Source of the DNA: Thermosulfurimonas dismutans
Lineage (GTDB): Bacteria; Desulfobacterota; Thermodesulfobacteria; Thermodesulfobacteriales; Thermodesulfobacteriaceae
Direction of reading: 5' to 3'
DNA: 32,000 nucleotides
Assembly: GCF_001652585.1 (NCBI RefSeq)
Contig: NZ_LWLG01000005.1
Location: 30,001-62,000 of the forward strand
A program made the translations under genes and the position numbers. The notes beneath the pieces are model-generated. The model was not told the origin of the DNA and made no database searches. It saw nothing but the letters and a program-made list of their open reading frames with translations. Below are positions 1 to 9,404 of the stretch, piece by piece. Numbering within the stretch: position 1 is the stretch's first letter; each line of letters opens with the position of its first letter.

Positions 1-1407
1 AACTGGGGCTTCCCGGTGATCTCCGACTGGGACATCCCTGAGATCAAGCCCTTTGGGGTGTGTACTTACGAACACGTGGTCTCCAAGGTGCCCCACGAAG
101 AGATCGTGGACCGAGCCATTGAAGTCCGAGGGCTCAAGGTCACCACGGTGAAGCTCGACATCCCGGTAGCCTATGCCCCGGCTTTTGAAGGGGAAAGGGT
201 CCGTAAGGACGATCTCTATCTGGAGTGCGGTGGTGGAAGGACTCCGGCAGTTGAACTCCTGATCTCCAAGCCCCTTGAGGAAGTGGAAGACGGAAAGATC
301 GAGGTCATAGGCCCTGAAATAAACGAGGTGGAAAAGCTTGGCATAAAAGGACCTCCCTATCGTTTACCCTTTGCAGTAGTGGTGGAAGTAGCTGGAGCTA
401 ACATGCAGGAGGACTTCGAGGCTATTCTTGAGCGGCAATTCCATCACCTCATCAACTACGCCCAGGGTATCATGCACGTAGGGCAACGTAATATCATGTG
501 GCTGCGGATCAGTAAGGCTGCTGTAGAAAAAGGATTCCTCTTCAAGCACATCGGGGAGATCCTTTACGCCAAGATGCGCCAAGAGTTCGGCGCCATCGTG
601 GACAAGTGCCAGGTGACCATCTATACCGAAGAAGAGAAGGTCAAGGAGATCCTGGAGCTGGCCAAGGAGGTCTATACCCGGCGTGACGAACGGATAGCCG
701 GTATGACTGACGAGACCGTAGACGTGTACTATTCCTGCACTCTGTGTCAAAGCTTTGCACCCAGCCACGTGTGCGTAATCACGCCGGAACGGATCGGTAT
801 GTGCGGGGCCTACAACTGGCTCGACGGCAAGGCCTGCTACGAGATCAATCCCACTGGTCCCAACCAGCCTATTGAAAAAGGTGAGGTTATTGACGAGAAG
901 CTAGGACAGTTCTCCGGTATAAACGAGTTCGTGAAGAAGGCCTCCAGAGGGAAGGTAGAAAGGGTGAGCCTTTACAGTATCATGGTAGACCCCATGACGG
1001 CCTGCGGATGTTTCGAGTGTATTGCAGCCATGTTGCCCTCGGTAAACGGCATCATGATCGTAAACCGTGATTATCTTGGCATGACTCCCTCGGGCATGAA
1101 GTTTTCTACCATGGCCGGTATGGTGGGTGGCGGTCAGGTGACCCCCGGTTTCATGGGGGTCTCTAAGCACTATATCACCTCTCGGAAATTTCTTATTGCC
1201 GAAGGGGGGCTTAAACGGGTGGTCTGGATGCCCAAGATGCTCAAAGAAGAACTTAAAGACAAGCTCAAGCAGCGGGCCGAAGAGCTGGGGATCCCCGATC
1301 TCATCGACAAGATTGCAGACGAGACTGTGGCCTCTACGGAACAAGAAGTCAAGGAATGGGTGGAAAAGGTCAAACACCCGGTTCTAGAGATGGAACCCTT
1401 GATGTAA
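1..1407 (+). CDS. acsB: Acetyl-CoA synthase, A-cluster subunit of CODH/ACS (AcsB/CdhC); C-terminal ~468 aa, 5' end outside the window
   Basis: Frame 1 is open from base 1 (NWGFPVISDWDIPEIKPF...), so the ORF-track start at 16 is an internal GTG. The product carries CTLCQSFAPSHVCVITPERIGMCGA (Cys ligands of the A-cluster [4Fe-4S]) and ACGCFEC (the Cys-Gly-Cys Ni site). acsC follows 12 nt later. Confidence 0.9.
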   Translation, partial: NWGFPVISDWDIPEIKPFGVCTYEHVVSKVPHEEIVDRAIEVRGLKVTTVKLDIPVAYAPAFEGERVRKDDLYLECGGGRTPAVELLISKPLEEVEDGKIEVIGPEINEVEKLGIKGPPYRLPFAVVVEVAGANMQEDFEAILERQFHHLINYAQGIMHVGQRNIMWLRISKAAVEKGFLFKHIGEILYAKMRQEFGAIVDKCQVTIYTEEEKVKEILELAKEVYTRRDERIAGMTDETVDVYYSCTLCQSFAPSHVCVITPERIGMCGAYNWLDGKACYEINPTGPNQPIEKGEVIDEKLGQFSGINEFVKKASRGKVERVSLYSIMVDPMTACGCFECIAAMLPSVNGIMIVNRDYLGMTPSGMKFSTMAGMVGGGQVTPGFMGVSKHYITSRKFLIAEGGLKRVVWMPKMLKEELKDKLKQRAEELGIPDLIDKIADETVASTEQEVKEWVEKVKHPVLEMEPLM

Positions 1408-1419
1408 GGGAGGAGAGCA

Positions 1420-2772
1420 ATGGGACTTACCGGTATCCAGATAATGCAAAAACTTCCCAAGACCAATTGTGGGGACTGTGGGTTTCCCACCTGTCTGGCT
1501 TTTGCCATGAAGGTGGCTGCCGGACAGGCGGAGATTGACAAGTGTCCGCACGTGGACCCGGCGGTGAAGGAGGAGATTGCGGAGGCCTCCGCTCCGCCCA
1601 TAAGGACGGTAGTCCTCGGAAGTGGGGAGCACCAGGTCAAACTCGGCGGCGAGACCGTACTCTTCCGCCACGAAAAGCGTTTCGAGAATCCTACTGCCAT
1701 TGGAGTGCGTATCGCTACTGATATGGACGCCGGCGAGGTGGATCGTAGGGTGGAGGCCTTCAAAAAATTTCGGTGGGAACGGGTAGGGGTCATGCTTGTC
1801 CCCCAGATGGTGGCCGTGGAGGACACCGGAGCCGGAAAGGAGGCCTTTGTCAACCTGGTGAAAAAGGTACGGGAGGAGGCCCCGGAAGCCGTATTGGTTC
1901 TAATGAGCGGGGATAAAGAGGCCCTTTCGGCGGCCTGTGAGCTCTGCGGAGAGCACAAGCCGCTTCTCTACGCCGCTACACTCGACAACTTCAAGGAGAT
2001 GGGGGAGCTAGCCAAGGAAAAGAAGGTGCCCCTTGCGGTTAAGGGCGAGAGCCTGTCGGAAACGGCCAGGATCTCCGAGGAACTCATCAAGATGGGCTTA
2101 AAGGACCTGGTGCTTGATACCGGGGCTAAAAGCGTACGGGAATTATATGAAGACCAGATCATCCTCCGGCGGGCGGCTATCAAGAAGCGCTTCAAGCCCT
2201 TCGGATTCCCATCTATTACCTTTCCGTACCGTTATACCGACAACTTCTTGGCCGAAGCCATGCTAGCTTCGGTCCTCATTCCCAAGTACGCCGGGGCGGT
2301 CATCCTCTCGGATTTCCGGGGGGACGTGCTCTTTCCGCTTTTCGTGGAACGAATGAACATCTTTACCGATCCGCAGAAGCCACTGGTAGTTCAGGAAGGT
2401 ATCTATCCCATCAATGGTCCGGACGAAAACTCTCCGGTTCTGATCACCTGTAATTTTGCACTGACCTACTTTATCGTCTCGGGAGAGATCGAGGGGAGCC
2501 GGGTACCCTCTTGGCTTCTCATCAAAGATACGGAAGGACTTTCGGTGCTTACGGCCTGGGCGGCCGGAAAGTTCGGGGCCGATACCATCGCGGAGTTCGT
2601 CAAGAAGTCCGGAATCGCCGACAAAGTTAAACACCGTAAACTGGTCATTCCAGGATATCTGGCCTCCATTAAGGGCGAGCTTGAAGACGAACTTTCGGAC
2701 TGGGAAATCATAATTGGTCCTCGAGAAGCAAGCAGCCTTCCGGCCTTTCTAAAAGAATGGAAGGCAGCTTAA
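1420..2772 (+). CDS. acsC: Corrinoid/iron-sulfur protein large subunit (AcsC/CdhE)
   Basis: The N-terminus KTNCGDCGFPTCLAFAMKVAAGQAEIDKCP matches the CX2CX4CX16C [4Fe-4S] motif of the CFeSP large subunit. Length is 450 aa. An SD (GGGAGGAG) lies upstream and the gene sits directly after acsB. Confidence 0.9.
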   Translation: MGLTGIQIMQKLPKTNCGDCGFPTCLAFAMKVAAGQAEIDKCPHVDPAVKEEIAEASAPPIRTVVLGSGEHQVKLGGETVLFRHEKRFENPTAIGVRIATDMDAGEVDRRVEAFKKFRWERVGVMLVPQMVAVEDTGAGKEAFVNLVKKVREEAPEAVLVLMSGDKEALSAACELCGEHKPLLYAATLDNFKEMGELAKEKKVPLAVKGESLSETARISEELIKMGLKDLVLDTGAKSVRELYEDQIILRRAAIKKRFKPFGFPSITFPYRYTDNFLAEAMLASVLIPKYAGAVILSDFRGDVLFPLFVERMNIFTDPQKPLVVQEGIYPINGPDENSPVLITCNFALTYFIVSGEIEGSRVPSWLLIKDTEGLSVLTAWAAGKFGADTIAEFVKKSGIADKVKHRKLVIPGYLASIKGELEDELSDWEIIIGPREASSLPAFLKEWKAA

Positions 2773-2838
2773 AATTTGAGGAGGGGAAAGGCCGGGGTTT
2801 GAGGGGGATATAAAATAATAATCTTTAGGAGGGAAATC

Positions 2839-3735
2839 ATGAGTCAGCAGGTAATCTGCATTGCCGAAAGTATTAACATCATGTCCAAAAGGGTAGGACC
2901 GGCCATGAAGGAAAGGAATCCTGAGCCTATCAAGGAAATGGCTCGGGAGGAAGCTGAAAGGGGGGCCGATTATCTGGACCTTAACATCGGTCCAGCCAAG
3001 AAGGACGGAGCCGAGCTTGCCCCTTGGATCGTAAAGGTGGTGGAAGAAACCGTAGACGTGCCTATTTCCCTTGATACCACTAACCCTGAAGCCATGATTG
3101 CGGGGCTCAAGGCCTCGAAAGATCCTTCCCGGTGTCTCATGAACTCCATTTCCGCTCAGCCTGAGCGGATGGAAAAACTCATTCCGGTGGCTGCGGAGCT
3201 CGGGTGCGAAGTGGTGGCCCTTCTCTGGGGTCCGGAGGGCATGCCGCGGGACGCCAATGAACGGGCAGCCATGGCGGTGGACCTCATCATGAAACTCAAC
3301 GAGGCCGGAATTCCTAACGAGAAGATCTGGGTAGATCCTATTGCCACCCCTATTACTTTGGGAGCGGATCAGCTGATGGCGGGATTTGAGTTCCTGGCTA
3401 TGCTTCAGGACATTGCTCCCGGAGCCAAGAGCACGGTGGGACTTTCGAACGTTTCGAACGGCGTGGCCACCCACCTAAGACCTTATCTCAATCGGGTATA
3501 TCTGATGATGCTTATGAAATACAACATTTATTCCGCCATCGTAGACGTTTACGATCAGGAGTTGGTAGAAATCGCCAAAGGTAAACATCCGGACTGGGTA
3601 AAACTGGTGCACGACATTATGGACGGAGACGAACCCGATCCCAAGAGTCTTTCGCCGAAAGAACTTGAAATTTACAAAACCACTAGGGTGCTTCTAGGTA
3701 AGACTATTTTCTCCGAATCTTGGCTTGAACTTTAA
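2839..3735 (+). CDS. acsE: Methyltetrahydrofolate:corrinoid/Fe-S protein methyltransferase (pterin-binding, AcsE/MeTr-like)
   Basis: Segments typical of the DHPS-like pterin-binding barrel are present: GADYLDLNIGPA, ISLDTTNPEAMIAGLKA, LMNSISA, VGLSNVS. They follow the order I recall for Moorella MeTr. There is an AGGAGGG SD, and the acs context supports the call. Confidence 0.8.
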   Translation: MSQQVICIAESINIMSKRVGPAMKERNPEPIKEMAREEAERGADYLDLNIGPAKKDGAELAPWIVKVVEETVDVPISLDTTNPEAMIAGLKASKDPSRCLMNSISAQPERMEKLIPVAAELGCEVVALLWGPEGMPRDANERAAMAVDLIMKLNEAGIPNEKIWVDPIATPITLGADQLMAGFEFLAMLQDIAPGAKSTVGLSNVSNGVATHLRPYLNRVYLMMLMKYNIYSAIVDVYDQELVEIAKGKHPDWVKLVHDIMDGDEPDPKSLSPKELEIYKTTRVLLGKTIFSESWLEL

Positions 3736-3823
3736 GCCTAATTAAAAGAGCTTTTCAAGGGGTCCCTTCCAGGAGGAGGGGGCCTCTGTGTCTTGATAAG
3801 ACCACTATTTCCGGAGATGCGAT

Positions 3824-6800
3824 ATGGAAATGTGGATCAACGAGACTAAGGTAAAGATTAAGGCGGGCCAGACTATTCTTGAGGTCGCTAAGGAGGCAGG
3901 TATCAAGATACCTACCCTCTGTTTTCTCCCCGGAGCGGAAGAACCGTCGGTGCCCTGTGGGCTATGCGTAGTAGAGGTAGAGGGTAGGGGGTTAGTGCGA
4001 GCCTGTTCTACACTGGCTGAGCCTGACATGAAAGTGTTTACGGACACGGAAGAGGTCAAGAAGGTCCGCAAACAAAAACTTGAAAGTCTGGTAGCTAACC
4101 ACTATGGAGACTGTAAGGCCCCCTGTGGACAGCCCTGTCCCGGAGGGCTCAACATACAAGGCTACATCTCTTTCATTGCGCGAGGAGAATACGCCTCGGC
4201 CCTGAGTTTAATCAAGGAGCGTCTTCCTCTTCCGGCAACGGTGGGCCGAGTTTGCCCTCGGTTCTGCGAACCGCGTTGTCGAAGGGCTGTAGTAGATATG
4301 CCGGTAGCCATAAACGATCTCAAGCGCTTCGTAGCGGACTGGGGCCTGGCTCATGGAGAGCTCAAGCCGGAGATCAAGCCCCCCACCGGCAAACGTGTGG
4401 CGGTGGTAGGGGCCGGTCCGGCCGGACTCTCGGCAGCCTATTATCTCCGGCTAAACGGCCACGAGGTAACCATCTTCGAGGCCAGGGAGGAGCCGGGCGG
4501 CATGCCCCGCTGGGCTATTCCGGAGTTCAAGCTCCCAAAAGATGTTCTGCGCAAGGAGATCGAAAGTATTCTCTCCGTCGGGATCGAACTCAAGACCGGC
4601 AAGGCCTGGGGGCGAGACTTTAATCTTAAGGACCTTTTTGAGGAAGGTTTCGAGGCTGTTTTCCTGGCCATAGGCTCTCCTAAAGAACGGTTTCATGATG
4701 TTCCGGGAGAAAAGGAAGCGGTCTCTGGCCTTGAAATTCTTTATAAGCTAAATAGCGGTGAGCGGCCCGAGGTTGGTAAGCGAGTACTTGTTATGGGAGG
4801 GGGCTACACCGCGGTGGATGTGGCTCGCAGCCTGCTACGCCTCGGGGCGGAGGTTACCCTTCTTTATCCTCGCTCTCGAATGGAAATGCCCGCACCTCAG
4901 CGGGAGATCCGCGAGGCCGAAAAGGAAGGGGTCAAGCTCTTTCTCATGGCCCTTCCTTTGAAAATAGAAAAAGCGGGCGACACCTATAAGGTCCTCATCG
5001 CCCGCACTGTACTCTCGGAGCCTGACCAGAACAAAGCACGAAAGATCGTACCCCTAGAGGGTTCGGAAGAAACCCACGAGTTTGATCTCGTGGTGAGGGC
5101 CTGGGGTGAAGAGCCCGATCCGGAGTTCAAGAACTTCGGTGAACTCGAGGCCCAGCTGGCTACTACTCCTGGGGGCCAGATCAAAGTCTCTTCCGGCACG
5201 CAGGCCACCAACCTCGAAGGGGTCTGGGCCGGTGGCGACTTCGCTTCCGGTCCCAAGACCGTGATTCAGGCCGTAGCGGCTGGCAGACGAGCGGCAGAAA
5301 ACATCCACCGTTATCTCATGGGCCTTGAGAAGAAGGGTTCGACAGTCAGTGCCAAGTTCGACTTTAACCGCGGCCGGCGACCGGAGGAAATGGATCTAGA
5401 TTTTTATCGCGATTTTCCAACGGTTCCCAGGGAAACTCCCTCCGAACGACCGGTAGCTGAAAGGGTAGGGCAGTTTGAGGAGGTAGTGCTCGGTCTTACC
5501 GAGGAACAGGCCCGCCGGGAAGCCGAGCGGTGCCTCAAATGCGGCTGCCTCGGATTTCATAAGTGTACTTTCAGGGAGGTCCTCATAGCCGAAAACGTGG
5601 CGGCTACTAAAGGCCGCAAGAGGGCCAAGTATAAGATCGACTCCGATCACCCCTTTATCGAGGTAGATTCCAATAAGTGCATCGGTTGTTACCGATGCGT
5701 ACGAAGTTGTCTTTACGAGGGGCTTGAACTCAAGATCTACGCCCAGGGTACACCGGAGGAGGAGATCCATTTCTCTTTTACAGAAAACTGCGTCTCCTGT
5801 GGTTCCTGTGTGGACGCCTGTCCCACTGGGGCTCTAACAAGAAAGGACTCGACGGTACCCTTTGCCAAGGGTGAAGTTCGAGAAATTAGAACGGTGTGCG
5901 CCTACTGTGGAACGGGTTGCAATATCTTGGCCCGGGTAAAGAATGGAAGTATTCTTGAGGTTACCGGAGAGAATATTCCACCTAATTATGGAGATCTTTG
6001 CGTAAAAGGTCGTTTTGGATATGTCTTTTATCGCCATCCAGAACGCCTTAAAAAACCACTCTTACGGGAATCCCGTTCTCAAGACTTTAAAGAAGCATCT
6101 TGGGAGGAGGCTTTCGACTTTGTAGCTGAAAGGCTTCAAAAGATAAAAGAAACCTATGGGCCTCAGGCCATAGGGGTTTTATGTTCGGCCAGAACCACTA
6201 ATGAGGAGACTTTTGTAGCCCAAAAGTTTGCCCGTGCCGTTATAGGGACCAATAATGTCGATAACCCAGCCCGTGTCTGACACGGGCCTTCGGTCGCGGG
6301 TCTCGCGGCCACCTTCGGATCGGGAGCAGCTACTGGACCTTTCGACGAAGTAGAACGCACAGAGCTTCTCATTCTCTGGGGAGCTAATACCACCGAAGCT
6401 CATCCGATAGTAGGGGCCAAAATTTTGAGGGCCCTCGAACGGGGTCTTAAGTTAGTGGTGGTAGACCCCCGTAAAACGGAACTAGCCGCCAGAGCCGACA
6501 TCTGGCTTCCGTTACGTCCGGGTACCAACGTACCCTTGGCCAACGGAATCGCACACGTAATTATTCGAGAAGGGTTATACAACCGGGAATTTATTGAACA
6601 ACATACCGAAAATTTTGAAGCTTATGCCCAGTACATCCTTGCTGAATGGCCCCTGGAACGCGTAGAAAGAATCACCGGGATACGTCGAGAATACATCGAA
6701 CAGATAGCCAGATTATACGCCCGTGCCGAAAGGGCTTTGATTTTTTGGGGCCTGGGAGTAACGGAACACCGAAGCGGAAGTAACGCCGTCATGGCGCTTG

Positions 6801-7918
6801 CGGATTTGGCCTTGCTTTGCGGGCATATAGGCAGACCCGGAACAGGAGCCATGCCCCTAAGGGGCCAAAACAATGTTCAGGGGGCCTGCGACATGGGGGG
6901 CCTCCCCTATGTCCTTCCGGGTTACCAGAAACTTGACGATCCCTTAACCCGAAAGAAATTTGAAGAAATATGGGGGCGTCCTTTACCAGAGGCACCGGGC
7001 CTTACGGAGACCATGATGTACCAAGAGGCCCTAGCCGGAAGATTTAAAGCCCTCTATGTAGTGGGCTACGACGTAGCCATGACGCATGGTAACCTCAATA
7101 AAGTTCATCGAGCCCTTGAAGAATTAGAACTCTTAGTGGTTCATGATATTTTCTGGCCCAAAACAGCAGATTTTGCTCATGTAGTCTTTCCAGTGGCCTG
7201 TCTGTTTGAAAAGGATGGTACCACGGACAATGGAGAAAGAAGGGTTCAGCGTATAAGAAAACTGGTTGATCCTCCAGAGGGCGTCCTTACTGACTGGCAA
7301 ATTATTGCTGAAATTTCTAAACGTCTGGGCTATGAAATGTCTTATCAGACAGTAGAAGACATCTTTGAGGAGATGCGGAGACTCATGCCTACTTTTCAGG
7401 GTCTTACTTACGCGAGGCTGGAAGAAAAAGGCTTATGTTGGCCAGTACCAGATGAAAATCATGCCGGAACGGAATTGATGTTTACTGACGGTTTCCCGAG
7501 ACCAGGTGGTAAAGCTTCTTTTGCCCTACCAAAATACTGGGTTCCCGAAGAAGAACCTACTTATGATTATCCTTTTGTTTTGATTACCGGCCGCCGGCTT
7601 TACCATTACAATTGTGGTTCTATGACCAGAAGAGTACCAGGACTTATGGAGTGGCTCCCAGAAGAGTTGGTTGAAATCAATCCCAAAGACGCTCGAAAAC
7701 TAAAAATAAGAGAAAGAGACAAAATAAAAGTAATTACCCGAAGAGGAGAAGTTATAGCCAGAGCTCACATTACCAATCGGGTAAATCCTGGGACCATTTT
7801 TATGGATTTCCATTTTCTAGAACCCTTAACCAATCTTTTGACCAGTCCGGGTATAGATGTAAAGGTTCATACTCCAGAATACAAGGTAGCTGCTGCTAGA
7901 ATAGAATTGGTAGATTAG
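3824..7918 (+). CDS. fdhA: Selenocysteine-containing formate dehydrogenase alpha subunit fused to an N-terminal 2Fe-2S ferredoxin and a GltD-like NAD(P)H:FAD module (1364 codons, UGA=Sec at 6278-6280)
   Basis: ORFs 3824..6280 and 6425..7918 share one frame ((6425-3824)/3=867). Codons 6281-6424 contain no stop (HGPSVAGLAATFGSGAATGPFDEVERTELLILWGANTTEAHPIVGAKI). The TGA lies in the FdhA active-site context NPARV-U-HGPSV.
Domain order:
- 2Fe-2S-like N-terminus (KIPTLCF..PCGLCVVEV).
- GltD-like region (CKAPCGQPCP, RVCPRFCEPRC, VAVVGAGPAGLSAAYYL, second Rossmann VLVMGGGYTAVD).
- Two ferredoxin motifs (CIGCYRCVRSC, CVSCGSCVDACP).
- MopB Fe4S4 motif (CAYCGTGCNI...CVKG).
- Molybdopterin domains.
A GGAG SD sits 7 nt before the ATG. 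Confidence 0.85.
6278..6310 (+). promoter_or_regulatory. UGA(Sec) codon plus bacterial SECIS hairpin
   Basis: The sequence is UGA CAC GGG CCU UCG GUC GCG GGU CUC GCG GCC. A stem GUCGCG/CGCGGC (6 bp, one G.U) at 6293-6310 carries the apical loop GGUCU and starts 12 nt after the UGA. As I recall it, spacing and loop closely mirror the E. coli fdhF SECIS (UGA CAC GGC CCA UCG GUU GCA GGU CUG CAC C). Confidence 0.75.
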
Positions 7919-8040
7919 ATTTCTCCTAGAGCTCTAGAGCTGTGGAACGTCCTCATAGCTGCGTTTCATGGCAAAATAAGCCTTGAGAGGTAAAACCTCT
8001 AAATACATAAAGTCTGATAAGAGATATTATGTAAAATAAA

Positions 8041-8943
8041 ATGCGAGCCATTTATGGACTGGTAGCCTTAGCAGTCTTGCTTATATCTGGGGTTGGTCTC
8101 CGAGCCGGTTGTCCTTTTTTGAAGACTTGGTTTTATCTCTTTGCCTGGTGGAGTTACATCCTCTTTGCCGACTGGCTGGTTTTAAAACTTCGAGGAAGCT
8201 CGCGGTTGACTTCTAATATTCGTGAATTCGCAAAGCTTTCCCTTTGGTCCGTATTCTTCTGGCTGGTCTTCGAGTGGTTCAACCTCTTTCTTAAGAATTG
8301 GACCTATCTTAACGTACCATCGAATATTTTTGTTAGATGGTTTGGCTACGCCCTGGCTTTTGCTACGGTGCTTCCGGGTATCTTTGAGACCTATGATCTT
8401 TTAGAGGTCTTCGTAAAAGGTCAGTTTAGAGTAAGAGCATTAAAAAATACCGTAAAATACTTTCCATGGCTGACGGTTATCGGCATCCTTTGTCTTGTTC
8501 TTCCGCTGACCTACCCAAAGTATTTCTTTCCACTGGTGTGGGCTTGGGCTTTCCTCCTACTGGAACCGGTAAACTATCTTCTCGACCGCGAGCGTTCCCT
8601 GCTTTACGACCTTGAATGCGGCTCCTTTAGACGCCCTGCCCTCCTTCTTTTATCTGGATTGATTTGTGGATTTTTGTGGGAGTTCTGGAATTTCTGGGCC
8701 GGTACCAAATGGATTTACACCCTACCTTGGGCCTGGCTCATGGAAGTAAAACTCTTCGAGATGCCCCTTCCTGGCTATCTAGGCTTTCCGCCTTTCGCCC
8801 TGGAATGCTGGTCCATGTGGATCTTTGTCTTCAGCCTTACCCGAAACCGTTCTCCCTGGACTACTGGTATCCTCATCCTCGCCTTCTACATCTTCATGTT
8901 CCACCAGATAGACTTTCATACCGTCTTGAGTTTCAAGCCTTAA
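8041..8943 (+). CDS. Hypothetical integral membrane protein (about 8 hydrophobic segments, Trp-rich), family not recognised
   Basis: A 300-aa ORF with repeated hydrophobic stretches and W/F-rich motifs (FLWEFWNFWAGTKWIYTLPWAW). An in-frame TAA 9 nt upstream fixes the start at 8041. No SD is visible, so it may be leaderless or use a weak RBS. Confidence 0.55.
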   Translation: MRAIYGLVALAVLLISGVGLRAGCPFLKTWFYLFAWWSYILFADWLVLKLRGSSRLTSNIREFAKLSLWSVFFWLVFEWFNLFLKNWTYLNVPSNIFVRWFGYALAFATVLPGIFETYDLLEVFVKGQFRVRALKNTVKYFPWLTVIGILCLVLPLTYPKYFFPLVWAWAFLLLEPVNYLLDRERSLLYDLECGSFRRPALLLLSGLICGFLWEFWNFWAGTKWIYTLPWAWLMEVKLFEMPLPGYLGFPPFALECWSMWIFVFSLTRNRSPWTTGILILAFYIFMFHQIDFHTVLSFKP

Positions 8944-8966
8944 ATTGAGGGATACATTTCCCTTTC

Positions 8967-9296
8967 TTATTCGGTTTTAGGTGGAACGGGCAAGGGAGGT
9001 GGAGTGGGTAGGGTTTTCTCAGGCTGAGGTTTTACCACCGGAGGAGCCTTTTCCATAATGGAGGCCTTATTTTTCTGGGCCGAAAGATAGGTTAAAAGTA
9101 GGGAATTGGCAAAAAACAGTACGGCCAAAAGGGCCGTAACTTTGTTCAGAAAAGTCCCAGGACCGGCACCTCCAAAGATAGCCTGGCTACCGGTAAAAAC
9201 TGCTCCCACCTCGGATCCTTTGCCCACATTCACAAGCACAATAGCGATCAGAGAGATAGCTAGAATAACCTGTACTACCACTAATACCGTAAACAT
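8967..9296 (-). CDS. secG: Preprotein translocase subunit SecG, with a Pro-rich C-terminal tail
   Basis: The SecG two-TM pattern is present: MFTVLVVVQVILAISLIAIVLVNVGKGSEVGAVFTGSQAIFGGAGPGTFLNKVTALLAVLFFANSLLLTYL, with G-rich loops. A GGAGGG SD is present. The tail is KAPPVVKPQPEKTLPTPPPLPVPPKTE. Confidence 0.85.
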   Translation of the reverse strand: MFTVLVVVQVILAISLIAIVLVNVGKGSEVGAVFTGSQAIFGGAGPGTFLNKVTALLAVLFFANSLLLTYLSAQKNKASIMEKAPPVVKPQPEKTLPTPPPLPVPPKTE

Positions 9297-9343
9297 ATTA
9301 GTCCCTCCTCAGGGAACCTTCCGTCTTCAACATGTGGAGTTTG

Positions 9344-9372
9344 ATTGTAATAAAATTCTGAAGTCCTGTAAA
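9344..9372 (-). promoter_or_regulatory. Candidate sigma70-type promoter for secG
   Basis: The minus strand reads TTTACA (9372-9367), a 17-nt spacer, then TACAAT (9349-9344). This lies about 45 nt upstream of the secG ATG, in the nuoN-secG spacer. Confidence 0.35.
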
Positions 9373-9404
9373 CCTCAAAGAAAAGAAAGAAAAAATCTAA
9401 AACT

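Noticed and set aside
6278-6424. Apparent premature stop splitting the formate dehydrogenase into two ORFs (3824..6280 and 6425..7918), suggesting a pseudogene or two subunits.
   Set aside because: Both pieces share one frame with no other stop between them. The TGA sits in the canonical FdhA V-U-HGPSV active-site position and is followed by an fdhF-like SECIS hairpin. The 'start' at 6425 is an internal TTG. I interpret this as selenocysteine recoding.
7926-7937. 12-bp perfect palindrome CTAGAGCTCTAG immediately after the fdh stop codon; possible terminator or operator.
   Set aside because: It has no loop and no U-tract, so it is not a convincing intrinsic terminator. As a single short AT/GC-mixed palindrome it could occur by chance. 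The nearby GAGGT-aaa-ACCTC stem is only 5 bp.
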